Assembly: GCA_002269645.1 (NCBI GenBank)
Contig: NIVC01000093.1
Span: forward strand, 62,001 to 126,000
Direction: 5' to 3'
DNA from: Macrostomum lignano
Lineage: Eukaryota
Length of the DNA stretch: 64,000 nucleotides
The translations under genes and the position numbers were made by a program. A model generated the notes under the pieces. It made no database searches. It was not told the origin of the DNA and saw nothing but the letters and a program-made list of their open reading frames with translations. Positions 40,305-52,039 of the stretch are shown one piece after another. Each line of letters begins with the position of its first letter. Position 1 is the stretch's first letter.

Positions 40305-41177
40305 GTGCAATCCCAACACTCGACGACTACGACAATGGAAGACACCCAACGTCAACAACCTACATCAGACACTCCAGCAGCTTCTTCGGAGAACGCCATA
40401 CTGGAACCGGTAGCGTCGGTACAACGCGCCACAATTAGACCACCGCCGTTCTACCGTCAAGCACCCGAGATTTGGTTCCGCCAACTCGAATCACAATTTA
40501 CCCTGGCTGGAATCAGCTCCGCCAGCACCAAATTCCACCACGCACTGGCCGCTCTCCCGGAGGATGTTGCCTGCTACATCGACATAGACATCGTCGAATA
40601 CAACCGACTCAAAACAGCTGTTCTAGACTCACTGCGCGCCAACCGCCACCAGCGTATCGAGGAAGCCCTTGCAGCAGTAGAACTCGGCGACAAACGCCCT
40701 TCGCAATTGGTAACTGACATTAAGCGCCGCTTCATCGAAGTGGGTTTAGCAGCCGACGAGTCTATCATCAAGTCACGCCTGCTCACGGCGCTCCCAACGC
40801 ACATCCGTTCAGCGTTGGTCGGTCATGAAAACTCTCCGCTAGAAGACTTCGCCAAAATCGCCGACAGCATGTTAGCCGTCGCGGGCAGCCGAACTCCGTT
40901 TTTACCCATTCAGCGCACGTCCGAAGCCAGGGATTCGAGACCGCACGGCGCGTTCAAGCCTAGGCAGGCGTACGAAGGAGATCACCGGCAACAGCGATCC
41001 TATCGTAAGAGACCTAAGATCTGTAATGGCCATCTATTCTACGCTTCACAAGCCCGTACGTGCCGACCTTGGTGCAAATGGCCCGGTCCCAAACCCACAA
41101 CGATGCTCAGCAGCCGCCAGACCACACCAGATCACTCGCGTGCAAACAGCCCAACTCTAGAAAGTGCTTCAAACTAG
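40305..41177 (+). CDS. gag: Gypsy Gag with CHCC zinc motif
   Basis: PPPFYRQAPEIWFRQLESQF gag motif; CNGHLFYASQARTCRPWC. Confidence 0.88.
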   Translation: MQSQHSTTTTMEDTQRQQPTSDTPAASSENAILEPVASVQRATIRPPPFYRQAPEIWFRQLESQFTLAGISSASTKFHHALAALPEDVACYIDIDIVEYNRLKTAVLDSLRANRHQRIEEALAAVELGDKRPSQLVTDIKRRFIEVGLAADESIIKSRLLTALPTHIRSALVGHENSPLEDFAKIADSMLAVAGSRTPFLPIQRTSEARDSRPHGAFKPRQAYEGDHRQQRSYRKRPKICNGHLFYASQARTCRPWCKWPGPKPTTMLSSRQTTPDHSRANSPTLESASN

Positions 41178-44100
41178 TCGGTCACGTGCCCTGGCCGACC
41201 CGTGACCAGAGCAAGGCCACCACTTTGTTACTCCGTTGCAACGTTCTTCGCACCATGGTTTCATTTATTGTTGACACTGGAGCCGAACGGTCACTCCTGC
41301 CTCTACAGTACGTCCTTCAAAATCTGCTTACTCCGACACCCGTGAAGTTGCGCAGCATTGGTGGACACGAGATCCGTACCTTTGGACAATGCTGCCTGAC
41401 TCTCTCTATTCCGGGGCTCCGGCGACCATACCCAGCAACATTCATCGTCACTAATACGGCACCGATTCTCGGAGCGGATTTCTTCGTAAAGTTCGGTTTG
41501 ATCATCGACCTAAAGTCGAGACGCATCACAGACCCAGTAACGGAATTATCCACAGCCCTGAACTGCTCTTCCGATCCAGTTCCACAAATCAACGTGACAA
41601 CGGAAATGGAACCATCAAACCCGCTCACCCAGTTTCCACGCGTACTAGAGGCGCCCGACTACACGACCCCATCCGCAACAGGCGTCCGACATCCGATCGA
41701 AACGGAAGGCGAGCCGATCTTCTGCCGACCACGACCACTGTCACCGGAAAAGTTCACTGTTGCAAAGGAAGAGTTTGACAAGCTGCTTCGACTCGGAATC
41801 GTCCGACCATCTTCCAGCCCGTGGGCATCGCCCCTTCATATGGTGAGAAAAAAAGACGGATCGTGGCGCCCTTGTGGTGACTATCGAGCTTTGAACGCCG
41901 TGACCAAGCCCGATCGGTACCCCATACCGAACATTAACCACTTCCACAACCAGCTGCATGGGTCGAAAGTATTCAGCACCCTTGACCTCGTCAAGGCCTA
42001 TCACTTCGTCCCCATGGCTGAAGACGCGATAGAAAAGACCGCAATCTGCACCCCTTTTGGATCTTTCGAATACCTTCGAATGCCCTTCGGACTGCGCAAC
42101 GCAGCTAGCACGTTCCAGAGGTTCGTCGACGCAATCTTTCGAGATTTCCCCTTTGTCGTTTCATACATCGACGACATCCTAGTGCACAGCACTTCTCGAC
42201 AAGAACACGAGCAACATCTGCAAGCCATCCTTCAGCGTCTAACGGACAAAGGTCTGAGGGTTAACGCAGCAAAGTGTCAGTTCTTCCGAGACTCAGTGGA
42301 ATTTCTGGGATACCTCGTATCAGCCGAGGGAATCAAGCCACTTCCCACTCGAGTGGAGGCCCTTCGCAAACTGCAGGCCCCGACCGATCAAAAGACGCTC
42401 CAGCGCTATCTGGGAATGTTTGGTTTCTACCAACGTTGCATCCCCGCATACGCCCAAGTAGTACAGCCTCTTCGCCAACTCGTCAGTTCGAGTCAGTTCG
42501 TCTGGACGAACCAGCATGACGAAGCTTGGAAACTGCTTCAAAACAGCCTGGCTGAGGCCGTAACTTTAGCGTTCCCCGAACCTAGCGCAACGCTCACTAT
42601 CACTACGGACGCAAGCTCAACGGCCTTAGGCGCAGCCCTACATCAAGTGGTAGACGACAAGTCTGCACCCCTAGCTTTTTACTCGCGCAAACTGTCGGAT
42701 ACCTAGAGAGCCTACAGCACGTTCGACAGAGAACTACTGGCTATTTTCGCCGCCGTCAAAACCTGGAAGCACATGGTCTAAGGTCGCCCTGTCACGGTGT
42801 TCTGTGACCACAAGCCAATCGTGGGAGCTTTCAAGAATCGGAAACAGCGTTTCTCTGACCGCCAACAGCGCCAACTTTCAGCGATAACTGAGTACGTTCT
42901 CGACATTGTATACATCGCCGGTAAAGACAACGTAGTAGCCGACGCACTGTCTCGTCCAGAACCATCCTCAGTTACCCAGACCAACAACGTGCGACTCTTA
43001 GAAGATGTCCCAACAGCCGTTGACCTTCCGGCTATTGCAAGAGCTCAGAAAGATCTAACGCCTGAAGACACTCCGGCCGGCCAGTTCAAGCACTTTGACA
43101 TCGGAATCCCAGAGTGCCCGCTTCGCTGCGAGACTTCACAAGCCAACCCACGCCCTGAAGTACCAGGACCGCTTCGCCGAAAAGTGTTTGATTCGCTACA
43201 CACTTTGGCGCACCCGGGAGTAAAAGCGACACAGAGGCTTGTCGGATACCGTTTTTTCTGGCCTAATATGTTCGCCGACATCAAGAAGTGGGTCACTGAA
43301 TGTGAGCGCTGCCAGCAATGCAAAGTTAGCAAGCATATTCACCGGCCGCTCCACCAGTTACCAGTACCATCGCAACGATTCACGACGGTGCACATCGACC
43401 TAGTCGGACCATTGACGCCGCCCGAATCCGACGCGGTTGGACCAAAACCCCGATACCTGCTGACCATGGTGGATTCATACACACGCTGGATCGAGGCTAC
43501 TCCCGTCATGGACACCACGGCTGAGACCGTCGCGCGGACTTTCCGAGCATCCTGGATTGCCCGCTTCGGACCACCGCTTACATTGATTAGCGACCAAGGG
43601 ACGCAGTTCCGAGCCGAGCTCATGAAAAACCTGACGCAGCACCTGGGGATTCATCATATCCGAACTTCTTCATACAATCCGCGAGCCAACGGCATCGTCG
43701 AACGCGCTCATAGAACGTTGAAGACGGGCCTAAAAGCACGCGGAAAATACTGGTTGAGCCAACTGCCTCTCGTTCTTCTTGGAATGCGGATCTTTGCGGA
43801 CGAAACCGGATCATCACCTTTCTCACTTGTTACTGGAGAGCAACCCATGGTTCCGCAAGTAGTGGCCGACACTTCGACTCTGACAGAGCTATCGACCAAG
43901 CTCCACCAAATGTTTTTCCCCTACCGCCTACCGCGAACTCGTCCGGTCCCCACCCATATGCCGACCGCGCTGGACTCCTGCACACACGTGTGGCTACGGT
44001 TAGATCGCGTGAGGCGTCCGCTTGAAGCACCTTATCAAGGCCCGTTCGCTGTTCTTAGCAGACATGAAACAACAATGACGCTAGAGATCAACGGCCGGCC

Positions 44101-44257
44101 CACCACAGTGTCAATCGACCGACTTAAACCAGCTACGCTACCGCCGCCGCCACCGGAGACCTTCCAGAGCCTACTGCTCCGCCTAATGATGCACCAGCCG
44201 CTAAAACTCGTTCAAGAAGTTCTCGCCATGTTCGATTTGCCTCTCAGCCGTCGATAA
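41060..44257 (+). pseudogene. pol: Gypsy Pol (protease, RT, RNase H, integrase), in the -1 frame relative to gag, with two in-frame stops
   Basis: DTG protease; YIDD RT; TDAS, ELLAI and DHKP RNase H; HHCC, DDE and GPF integrase. TAG at 42704-42706 and TAA at 42779-42781 lie in one continuous frame. Confidence 0.9.
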
Positions 44258-44889
44258 AATACTTTACACCTTGATTCTACACTTCTTGACTTGACTTGAT
44301 TCTACACTCCTTGATTACACTTGACAATTTGATTCTAGAGAAGTAGCGCCATGAATCTGTGACCCCAAATTTCCCTCCTGTTAATTCGTTGTTTTAATCC
44401 TAGAAGTACTCCGTTATGGGGAAGGGGGAGTATCTTGTAGCAGCACCAAAGCATTCATCATTTATTCTAATTATTTCTTATTCTATATTCCAATCGCTTT
44501 AGTTCACCCATAGACACTTCTGTACTATTCGTTCGCCCCAGCGCTAAATAGCCCCCAACGCAATGACAAAATATAAAAAAAGCCTCCCGCTTTTGCTAGC
44601 TATCTTCGAAGTGCCACATACACTCGTAAGCTTGTAGCGGTAACCTAACGCTACACGCTCCTATATATGTTAGCTACTGAGCGCTTCGGAAGGCAACCAA
44701 TGCGAGTCGCTTGCCTTCGTAAATGAAATCATAAAAGTGTTCACAAGTCAGCGAATCAGATCAGACGTGAAGATTCTTATTTAAATTCAGCCGCAACCCC
44801 TAGGTAATCGTTTATCAACAGCCATTCAACAGTGTTAAACTTCATCCAAGGGATAGTAAATAATCAGAGCATAAACAAACAAAACAATC

Positions 44890-45627
44890 ATGAAGACGCA
44901 AATTTTAACTTTTTTAATCATCAAACAGCTGATGTCAGTCTGGGCGCAGACGTGCCCTGCTCCGTTTAGCCTGGTAGGTGACAAGTGCCTGTTCGTGAGC
45001 ACACCAAAGAAGCACACCTGGTGCTCGGCTTATCAGAAGTGCGCGTCACTCGGAGGTGAGCTCGTCAATTCGTTCGAGTCGATTCTGCTGCTAAGTGGCA
45101 TGCCGATTCTTGACTGTTTCTGCGTTGTGTGGCTCGGAGTGACCGACCTGGCCGATGAGAGAGGCTCCAGCAAGTCGGGCTGGCAGCGCATTAACGGAAA
45201 CGGCATCCTGCCTTTGAACGATACGATATGGAACGATAAGGATCCGAATTTCGGTGCGGTTGAAAACTGTGTCACTCTTGTCTATGGCAAAATCGCCAAC
45301 AGAAAGTGCTCGGAGAAGTTCGGACTGGCGTGCGAGTGGACTCCGAGTCCGACAGTCGACCCGCTGCCACCACCAACTCATGCCAATTGGCAGCTGACGG
45401 AGTTCAAGCGCAGCATCTACCATGAGAGCTCGGAGTACTGCCACACTGACCTGCTGCAGGTGAAGAACTCAATGCACTGCGTTGCGGCCGGCATGCGTGC
45501 TGGCAACTGCAGACACGTGCTGTACAACAGCAAGCTGAGAACCTGCCGTCTTCTGCTGTTCACCGACGCTCAGGTGGAGGAGGAGATCGAGACGAGCGCC
45601 GACTGGGTGAAGTTTTCTCTGCCCTGA
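44890..45627 (+). CDS. Secreted C-type lectin-domain protein with C-terminal PAN/apple-like module, copy A
   Basis: Signal peptide; CPAPF...CLF...W..A...C...GGELV; WLG; DPN at the EPN/QPD position; ENC...C...FGLACE; Pro-rich linker; 4-Cys C-terminal module. Intronless. Confidence 0.88.
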   Translation: MKTQILTFLIIKQLMSVWAQTCPAPFSLVGDKCLFVSTPKKHTWCSAYQKCASLGGELVNSFESILLLSGMPILDCFCVVWLGVTDLADERGSSKSGWQRINGNGILPLNDTIWNDKDPNFGAVENCVTLVYGKIANRKCSEKFGLACEWTPSPTVDPLPPPTHANWQLTEFKRSIYHESSEYCHTDLLQVKNSMHCVAAGMRAGNCRHVLYNSKLRTCRLLLFTDAQVEEEIETSADWVKFSLP

Positions 45628-46322
45628 GCAGAGCAGGACCGGGTCGGGCCTCAACTTGCGGCTGATTTCACGACTTGATTGTCAGCGATTAACATAAACT
45701 TATGAGCAAAACTATTTACTAAACTGAGTTAATTATTCTTATATATACGTTGAATTAACAATTACCAACTTCAAGAATCAAGAACAGAAATATGACCCTT
45801 TCTATACTAAGTTTGAAAGAATCTCTTTTGAGTACCTTCTACTCTTTTTCCTTTCTGTAGTTGCATCTATCTAGTTTGTTCTTCAGCTAACGACTATACT
45901 ATCCAAAATACACTGCAAAATAGAGATGCAATTCTAGTTATTTTGCGTCAATTCCAGCTTGCACTTACAATTAACAACGTTGAGACTTAATGAAGAAGAA
46001 GCAGTCGGATGAATGAGTAACTTTAAAAACGTTTTAAAGAAGAGCAGCCTCAAATAAACGACTTTGTAAGTCAACAATGAAATGTTTTCTTCAGTCAGTG
46101 TGGTTTTTCAAGTACAGTACAATTTGTGGAGGCTAAAATTGAATTTTTGCTGAATCAGCGGTTTGGATCTATCAGAACCGTAGCCGGAACTTTTCTGCAG
46201 CTTTGAAGGAATTTTTGCTGTTTTCTTTGCTGAATCCTCACAATTATCATTTTTATTAGCCGTACATGTATGATATGTAATAATAGATTTAAACATCTCT
46301 GAACAGATCCGAGCCCTCCCAG

Positions 46323-46497
46323 CAGGGGCGGATCTAGGAGAGTGGCCAAGGGGGCCATGGCCCCCCTCAGCCGTGGCTAAAATGTTTGGCCCATAATTTT
46401 TTGGCCTATAACTACGCATCATTTATTTTCAAATATTTGGGCTGTAGTGCTTGCAATAGCTTGGCCCCGACCCTAAAAAATTCTGGATCCGCGCCTG
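46323..46497. mobile_element. Small hAT-like MITE
   Basis: TIR CAGGGGCGGATC / GATCCGCGCCTG (11/12). Flanks CCTCCCAG and CCTCCCAT (7/8 TSD). Confidence 0.7.
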
Positions 46498-48649
46498 CCT
46501 CCCATGCAGACGAGCTTCATTGTCACCTATCCATTCACATACATGTACCAGCAGCGTCTTTGAACTGGTCAAGTTATCGAAGCTGATGGTTTGAGAAATA
46601 TTTGTGAAATGGCGCTAGAGTTTAAGTGCGTCAATCAATCCTAACTTGACGTCCCATTCGGCCATTAAGCTTAACCGTTTGGCCCGGCAACTACTTGAGG
46701 CCTTGAGGCTAGGGGTGAATCGCAGAATCACCAGAGTTTGGTTGTCAGCAAAGTCTGTTCAGTTCAGTTGTGTGATATATTGTGTGTTGCAGAGAAAGTC
46801 CTATTCGATTTGAAAGTTGGTCCACAGAGGGAGGCAGCAAATCCAACAGAGGCAGAACAGATTTAGTAAGATTCTCTTATGCCACAACAGTCGGATTTAC
46901 TTCACGATTCAACTGTTCTAACAGTTCATAGTGCTGACATCTGTTTTAACAAACCCGATATATAACTTAGACATCTTTAATAAGTCATTCCATTCTTACT
47001 TTCAGAACACCATTTAAATTTCTATTCTTATTTGATCCAGCGTGCAAGAATGCTTTGGAAGTCGCCATATGCGTGCAGAAATGCAAGTGTCTATGGTAAA
47101 AGCACCTTGAATTTACGTGTGCACTCCGTGCAGGAATGTCAATCGTGCAAGAATGTAATGCGCAATGTTTCTATATTTAGCATAACAGCCATAGACTACA
47201 AGCATAATCTTCTTTCCATAGTGCAAGAATGTTCAGACTAGCTCGCGCATATTTTCTCTATGGTTCGTCTAACTCCACACCCCCAGCTCCACCCTTGTCT
47301 ACTTTAGGCACACATGTTGGATCAAATAAGAATGGGAATCAAGCACTTTGACTTGTGCGTCTATGGCAAAAACCCTCGTGCGCTACGCGCACTCGTGTTT
47401 CAGCCATTGACGCACTCGTCAGCGTGCTAGATTCCTCCATTCTATTAAGCCAACATCGAATTTAGCCACGGCAGTGTATTTCTAGACAGTTCCTATAATT
47501 AATTCACTCTCGATTGTCTATGGCTAAAAGTAGCTAAGGAACTACTGAGGCAGAGCTCAAGTTTAAAGTGGACAGGAATCATACAGTATTTTATTTCGAC
47601 AAGTTTTATTTAGTCAATTGGGTAACGCGCATTTTCATCCGTACTGTCAAAGCATTTACGAAACAACTTTAACGTACCAGGGTATATTATATAGCTAGCC
47701 ACATATGCACAAGGTTAGGTACTCAGTATCTGTAAATAAAGAATTTTGGTCTTTTTGGACTTTTTTAATAGCTATAGCTTTTGATTGTTGCTGAGAGAAT
47801 AAGCTGAGTCCGCGTGGGAAAAATTGAATTAGCATCGATATGGGACGCGGACAGTTTAATCGATAGCTAGCTAGTAGTGAAATCGAGTGAGAGAGATTAA
47901 ATTATTACTATGACCGAGTAACGCCCGTACATGTTTCAATTATACATTAGAAAGCAAATAGCTATAATTAGTAAAATGCTGGTTAAATTATGTGTAAAAA
48001 TAAATATATTATATTTCAAAATAAGCAGCTCCCAGATAATTTTTGGAATTTCTTGGAGCTTTCATTCCAGTTCAGCAAAAAATTGTTTAAAATTTTTCAT
48101 CCCACATAGCCTAAAAAAGTTTAGTACCTGAAAAAGCTACTGAACGCGACCAAGCTTTAGCAGGAAAAGCTTTTGAAAACATCCTGCTTAATTGCATTCA
48201 TCCAGGCAGAACAACAGGACAAAAATTAATCAGATCCAACTCAAAAAAGAATTGTTGAATTTACTGTCCGTTTTCATTTCTATTTTAAAATTACAATTTT
48301 GTACTAATTTATATTAGTAGTATTGACATGATTTTACAAATGTAACACTATTTTCGTAGAAAATTTGTTTATTAATTGATCGATTGCGAGTTTTAGTGGA
48401 AATCGACAACAGATGCAATTTTTGTGACAAAAATAATTTGGTAAAGTATTTCTTGTTTAGTTTTAAAAATGTAACATTTTGCGTTTAAAACTTCTGTACA
48501 GACTAGCAATTGCAACCTATTAAAACTAATAACTGCAGGAGGTCTGGCACTGAGCCAACGCTAATTCAACCTGAGCACGCACTCATACACGCGCTCACAC
48601 TGGGTGTACAGCAATCCTGACTTCCATCTCTGTCTCAATCCTTATTTTT

Positions 48650-48905
48650 TATTACCTGCCCTAATGGCAGATGTGCAACCGACAGCTCAGCCGCAGCTAT
48701 TGCGCGGCGCATCTGAAGCCTGCGTACGGCTGTTCAGTCCTGGGGTCGCCACACACCCTCAATTACCCCAGCTAATGCTGGCACCTATTTTAAAGTTGGG
48801 TGAACTGAAGCAATGCAGCTAGTTAATTGTCTTGCTCAAGGACACAAATCGTTTCGAGTGGGTCGAGAATCGAACCCCCGACCTTTTAGTCGTGAGTCGG
48901 ACGTA
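48650..48905 (-). mobile_element. tRNA-derived SINE, copy 2 (5' end degraded)
   Basis: Colinear homology to 28285-28568 and 55884-56195. Confidence 0.75.
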
Positions 48906-50684
48906 TTGTTGCCCATTGTGGCCTAGACTAAGATTAGTCTTGTAGCAACATGTTAGACTATCTTATAGAGATCTGAGGTTGTGGAAGACTGCGACTGCAT
49001 TGTCAGAAATAAAACGCAATTTGTACAATAGCTGAAGCAGGCTAGCTAAACGAAACTGTAACGAAAGAAAATCAACGGAAACCCCAAAACGGATTTTTAG
49101 AGACAAAGGCGATTTTCCCAGGAAATAGCTAGAGACTTTCCTGGCACCACGTCGATTTCCTTTACCAGCAGACAATTGATGACCACTGTAGCTCCCCTAC
49201 TCTCACTATTGCTAAGCTAGCTCGTACTGCTTCGCGATTCTAAACCAGACCCCAGTTGGTCTAGCTGCACGAGTATAGAGTTTGAAAGATCGATCGGTTC
49301 ACTTCTACAACTCTCACTGTAGCTCCAGCTGTTGATCACGAATGCAACTTAACGAATAAACCTTTACAGATTTTTCTAGACTTGTAGACTAGACCCCAGA
49401 GATACGACAAATACACGTTCCCTACCGGTCTCCTGCTCATTTCTAAGAAAATCAAATGTAGCGTCCTTATATTTCTCTGGAATAGGTGCAGTTGTCCATG
49501 AACGAGTATGTGACCAAGCTGAAGTGCTGCTTCCGTCAAAAACTTAACTGCTCCCTTAATCGCAGTTTTTCCTGCGCTGTACGGAGAATAATTTAGGACG
49601 CATGCAACACCACCAAAGCAAGCGACAGGAGCATCAGCAAGCAGATGGTCGCAACTTTCTTTCCTGTCGCTCAGGTCACGTGGCGACTGTACGGCTGCTG
49701 GACCGGCTCGCGGTGACTGCGGCCTGGTATACCGGTGTCTGCTTGCCACAGTTCATCCACAGCCTGAGCAGGAAGCATCTAAAGTCCAAATCTTCATCAC
49801 CTGGTTTGAAAGGATGCGGCGCTGCATCCAGACTGGCGGATACTACTTTGAGAAACTTCAAAGCTGCTTCTGTTAAGATGTAGCTAAAAAATCGTAGGGC
49901 TCTTCGTAATTAGCACTTGTTTTTCATTTTTTAGCAGTTTGCCTGACTTCAAATTCTGCTAAATTAAGTTGTAAATTGATCGTTCTAAACCATGATGAGC
50001 CAGTCTAAGCTGCTTCAGCACATCCTATAGTCCTACTATTAGTAGTGCAGCATGCGAATACAAGTATAAAAGACAATTTCAACCACCTCTAAATATCGAT
50101 CATTCAAGTTAGTGCTGATCTCTTCAATGTTAACAGCGATGATTTATCAAGTAAAATCAAGTAAAATCAAGTCATGTGAAGTCAAGTAAAAGTCCACGCA
50201 AGGACACGCAACCTGCAACAACATACATACAGCTTCATAGATTAACTGAAGAACGCATGTAACTTTCCTGGTGGAGCGCTTCATGCGGCATTCAACTGAG
50301 ACCCGAGGTGGAACCTGTTGTTGGTGAAACAAAAGTTCCCCATAGACATTTATTTACGTGACTGCGCAAATGTTAATATGAAGAGGTCGAATGGACCAAA
50401 CTAGAAAGGAACGAAATAAAATGAATTGAGAGCTAAGCTCAGCGTCAATGAGCCATGCATAAATTGAAGGCTTAAAGCCAAAGTACAACAGAACCTTACT
50501 ATCTCCAAAACAGAAGATGAAGGCCACACTTTATTACCTCAGAAATCCGGGCTTCTAAACTGTTATTGCAAAATAAATGGGTGTACACCAAAATACAGTT
50601 TCCAACGCTGTTTGGGATGTCCTGCATATTGCGCCGTGCGACTATCTCACCCTTGGATACGATTTCTGTTGTGCCTAGAAGAAT

Positions 50685-50825
50685 GAAAGACAAAGGAGGC
50701 GTTTTTCATGCCCAGTTGCAACCGATTTACTCGATAGAGCCCGCGGGATGTATAGATCACGGACAGATCTCTCGACGCTTCGTCTAGTTCAATCTGCCAG
50801 CATGCGGAACGTAGGTCGACGGTGC
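50685..50825 (-). pseudogene. Degenerate Gypsy-type RT fragment
   Basis: DLRSACWQIELDEASRDLSVIYTSRGLYRVNRLQLGMKNASFVF matches the RT DLxxAYxQ...GLYxxxRLPFG block. Confidence 0.7.
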
Positions 50826-51002
50826 CTGCAAGCCGTCCTCTACTACGCGGGGAACAGGCCCTACGGCCTGTTTCTCCATGGCTTTCTCGGCAAAGGCCAA
50901 TTGACAGGCATATCTCAGACATTATCTGGCAATGTGATGAGCAGGGAAACTTCCAATTTAAATACCGCTTCTTCCTGTGCCGTTCCATTAGTCGACTTTG
51001 CA

Positions 51003-51520
51003 TTGACTTACTTGAATTAGCTGCGGGGGGCTCCGTGCGTCCAGAAACAGCGAGGAGGTGTTGCCGCCCATTTCGCTAACTTCTGGCGACCACAGGCAGC
51101 TAGTACTGCGGTGTCGCGCAGGGAGTTCTGGTGGTGCCGGTGTCCGCAGCGCGGTCCCCTTCCGGAGAGTCCAGGAGGTGGATTGTCGCTCGCTCGGTAG
51201 CCCTTATGTAGCGGACGAGCAGGCAGAGATTTTCGAACCTGAAAACGTCGGAGAAGTCCGGGTTTGGGCCGAGGTAGGTGAGCCTGTCCTGAGTAAAGGC
51301 GGGGCATTCACAGATAAAGTGCTCCGCATTCTCGACACCGGAGAGGCAGAATGGGCATTCCTCACTGAGGATTTTTCCCAGGAGGTGACGATGCCTGGCA
51401 AAACAGCCATGACCCGAGAGGGCCATGGTCACCGCCCTGATGTCCCTGCGGTTGAGTCCAAGCAGGGCCCTGTCAAAGGCGGCACCAGAGACAGCGCACC
51501 TGGCAAATTGGTGAGAGTAA
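51003..51520 (-). mobile_element. 5'-truncated 3' end of a LINE related to the 17905-23799 element
   Basis: LSGHGCFARH...CPFC..GVENAEHFICECPAF matches the ORF2 C-terminus. Same terminal TTGACTTACTTGA.TTAGCTGC sequence on the + strand. Confidence 0.85.
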
Positions 51521-51595
51521 AGTCTTAATGTGTATAACTTTTAAACTCAACTTGCTGCCGACATTAACTCTCAGTTTTATATTCCTTTTGCCTAG

Positions 51596-52039
51596 GCTAT
51601 TCCACGGGACGACCCCGTCGATAAACGGCGAGCATTTCTTAGGCGTCGCGACGCTGCAGCCGCTGCCTCGCAGGCATCCGAAGCAGCCGCCGCCTCGCAG
51701 GTGAATTTTATTTAGAATTTGACCACACTTTCAATTTACCTTGTTATTTTCACCGCCTCGCAGGAGGCTCCTGTCGCCGCCGAAAAGCCCGACCGCGCCG
51801 CTAAAGCCGTCGGCAAAAAGCCCAAGGCAGCTCAGAAATCTTGTCGCGAGCCCGATGAAGGTGCTGCGATGATGACCTTAAGATCGCGGCGTGGTAGCAA
51901 GAAGGAAAATCTTTGCGGCGCCATCGGCGCTCCGAGAAATGGCGGCGGTCTCGGCAAAAGCGGCCCTGCTCCTGACCAGGCAAGCAGCCCCGAAAGCGCC
52001 GGTTCGGGCGTTGTGACCCGTCGGAAAAAGAAAGCGCTG
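51596..52039 (+). CDS. Two putative phase-0 exons (51596-51700, 51764-52039) of an unidentified low-complexity, basic protein
   Basis: AG/GT boundaries with open frames (AIPRDDPVDKRRAFLRRR...ASQ|EAPVAAEKP...RRKKKAL|GTAAGT). No family recognised. Confidence 0.35.

Larger units (their letters stand above)
40070..44655 (+). mobile_element. Ty3/Gypsy LTR retrotransposon, CsRn1-like clade
   Basis: 220-bp LTRs (40070-40289, 44436-44655; TGTAGC...GCTACA) that read identical; 4-bp TSD CGCT; PBS TGGTAGCAGAG at 40293 (matches the tRNA-iMet 3' end); PPT at 44418-44430; gag with C-x2-H-x9-C-x3-C; pol order PR-RT-RH-IN. Confidence 0.95.

Noticed and set aside
47187-47525. AGCCATAGAC...GTCTATGGCT 10-bp inverted pair as a MITE
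   Set aside because: No TSD, and CCATAGAC/GTCTATGG recurs many times in the window, so this pairing is not unique.
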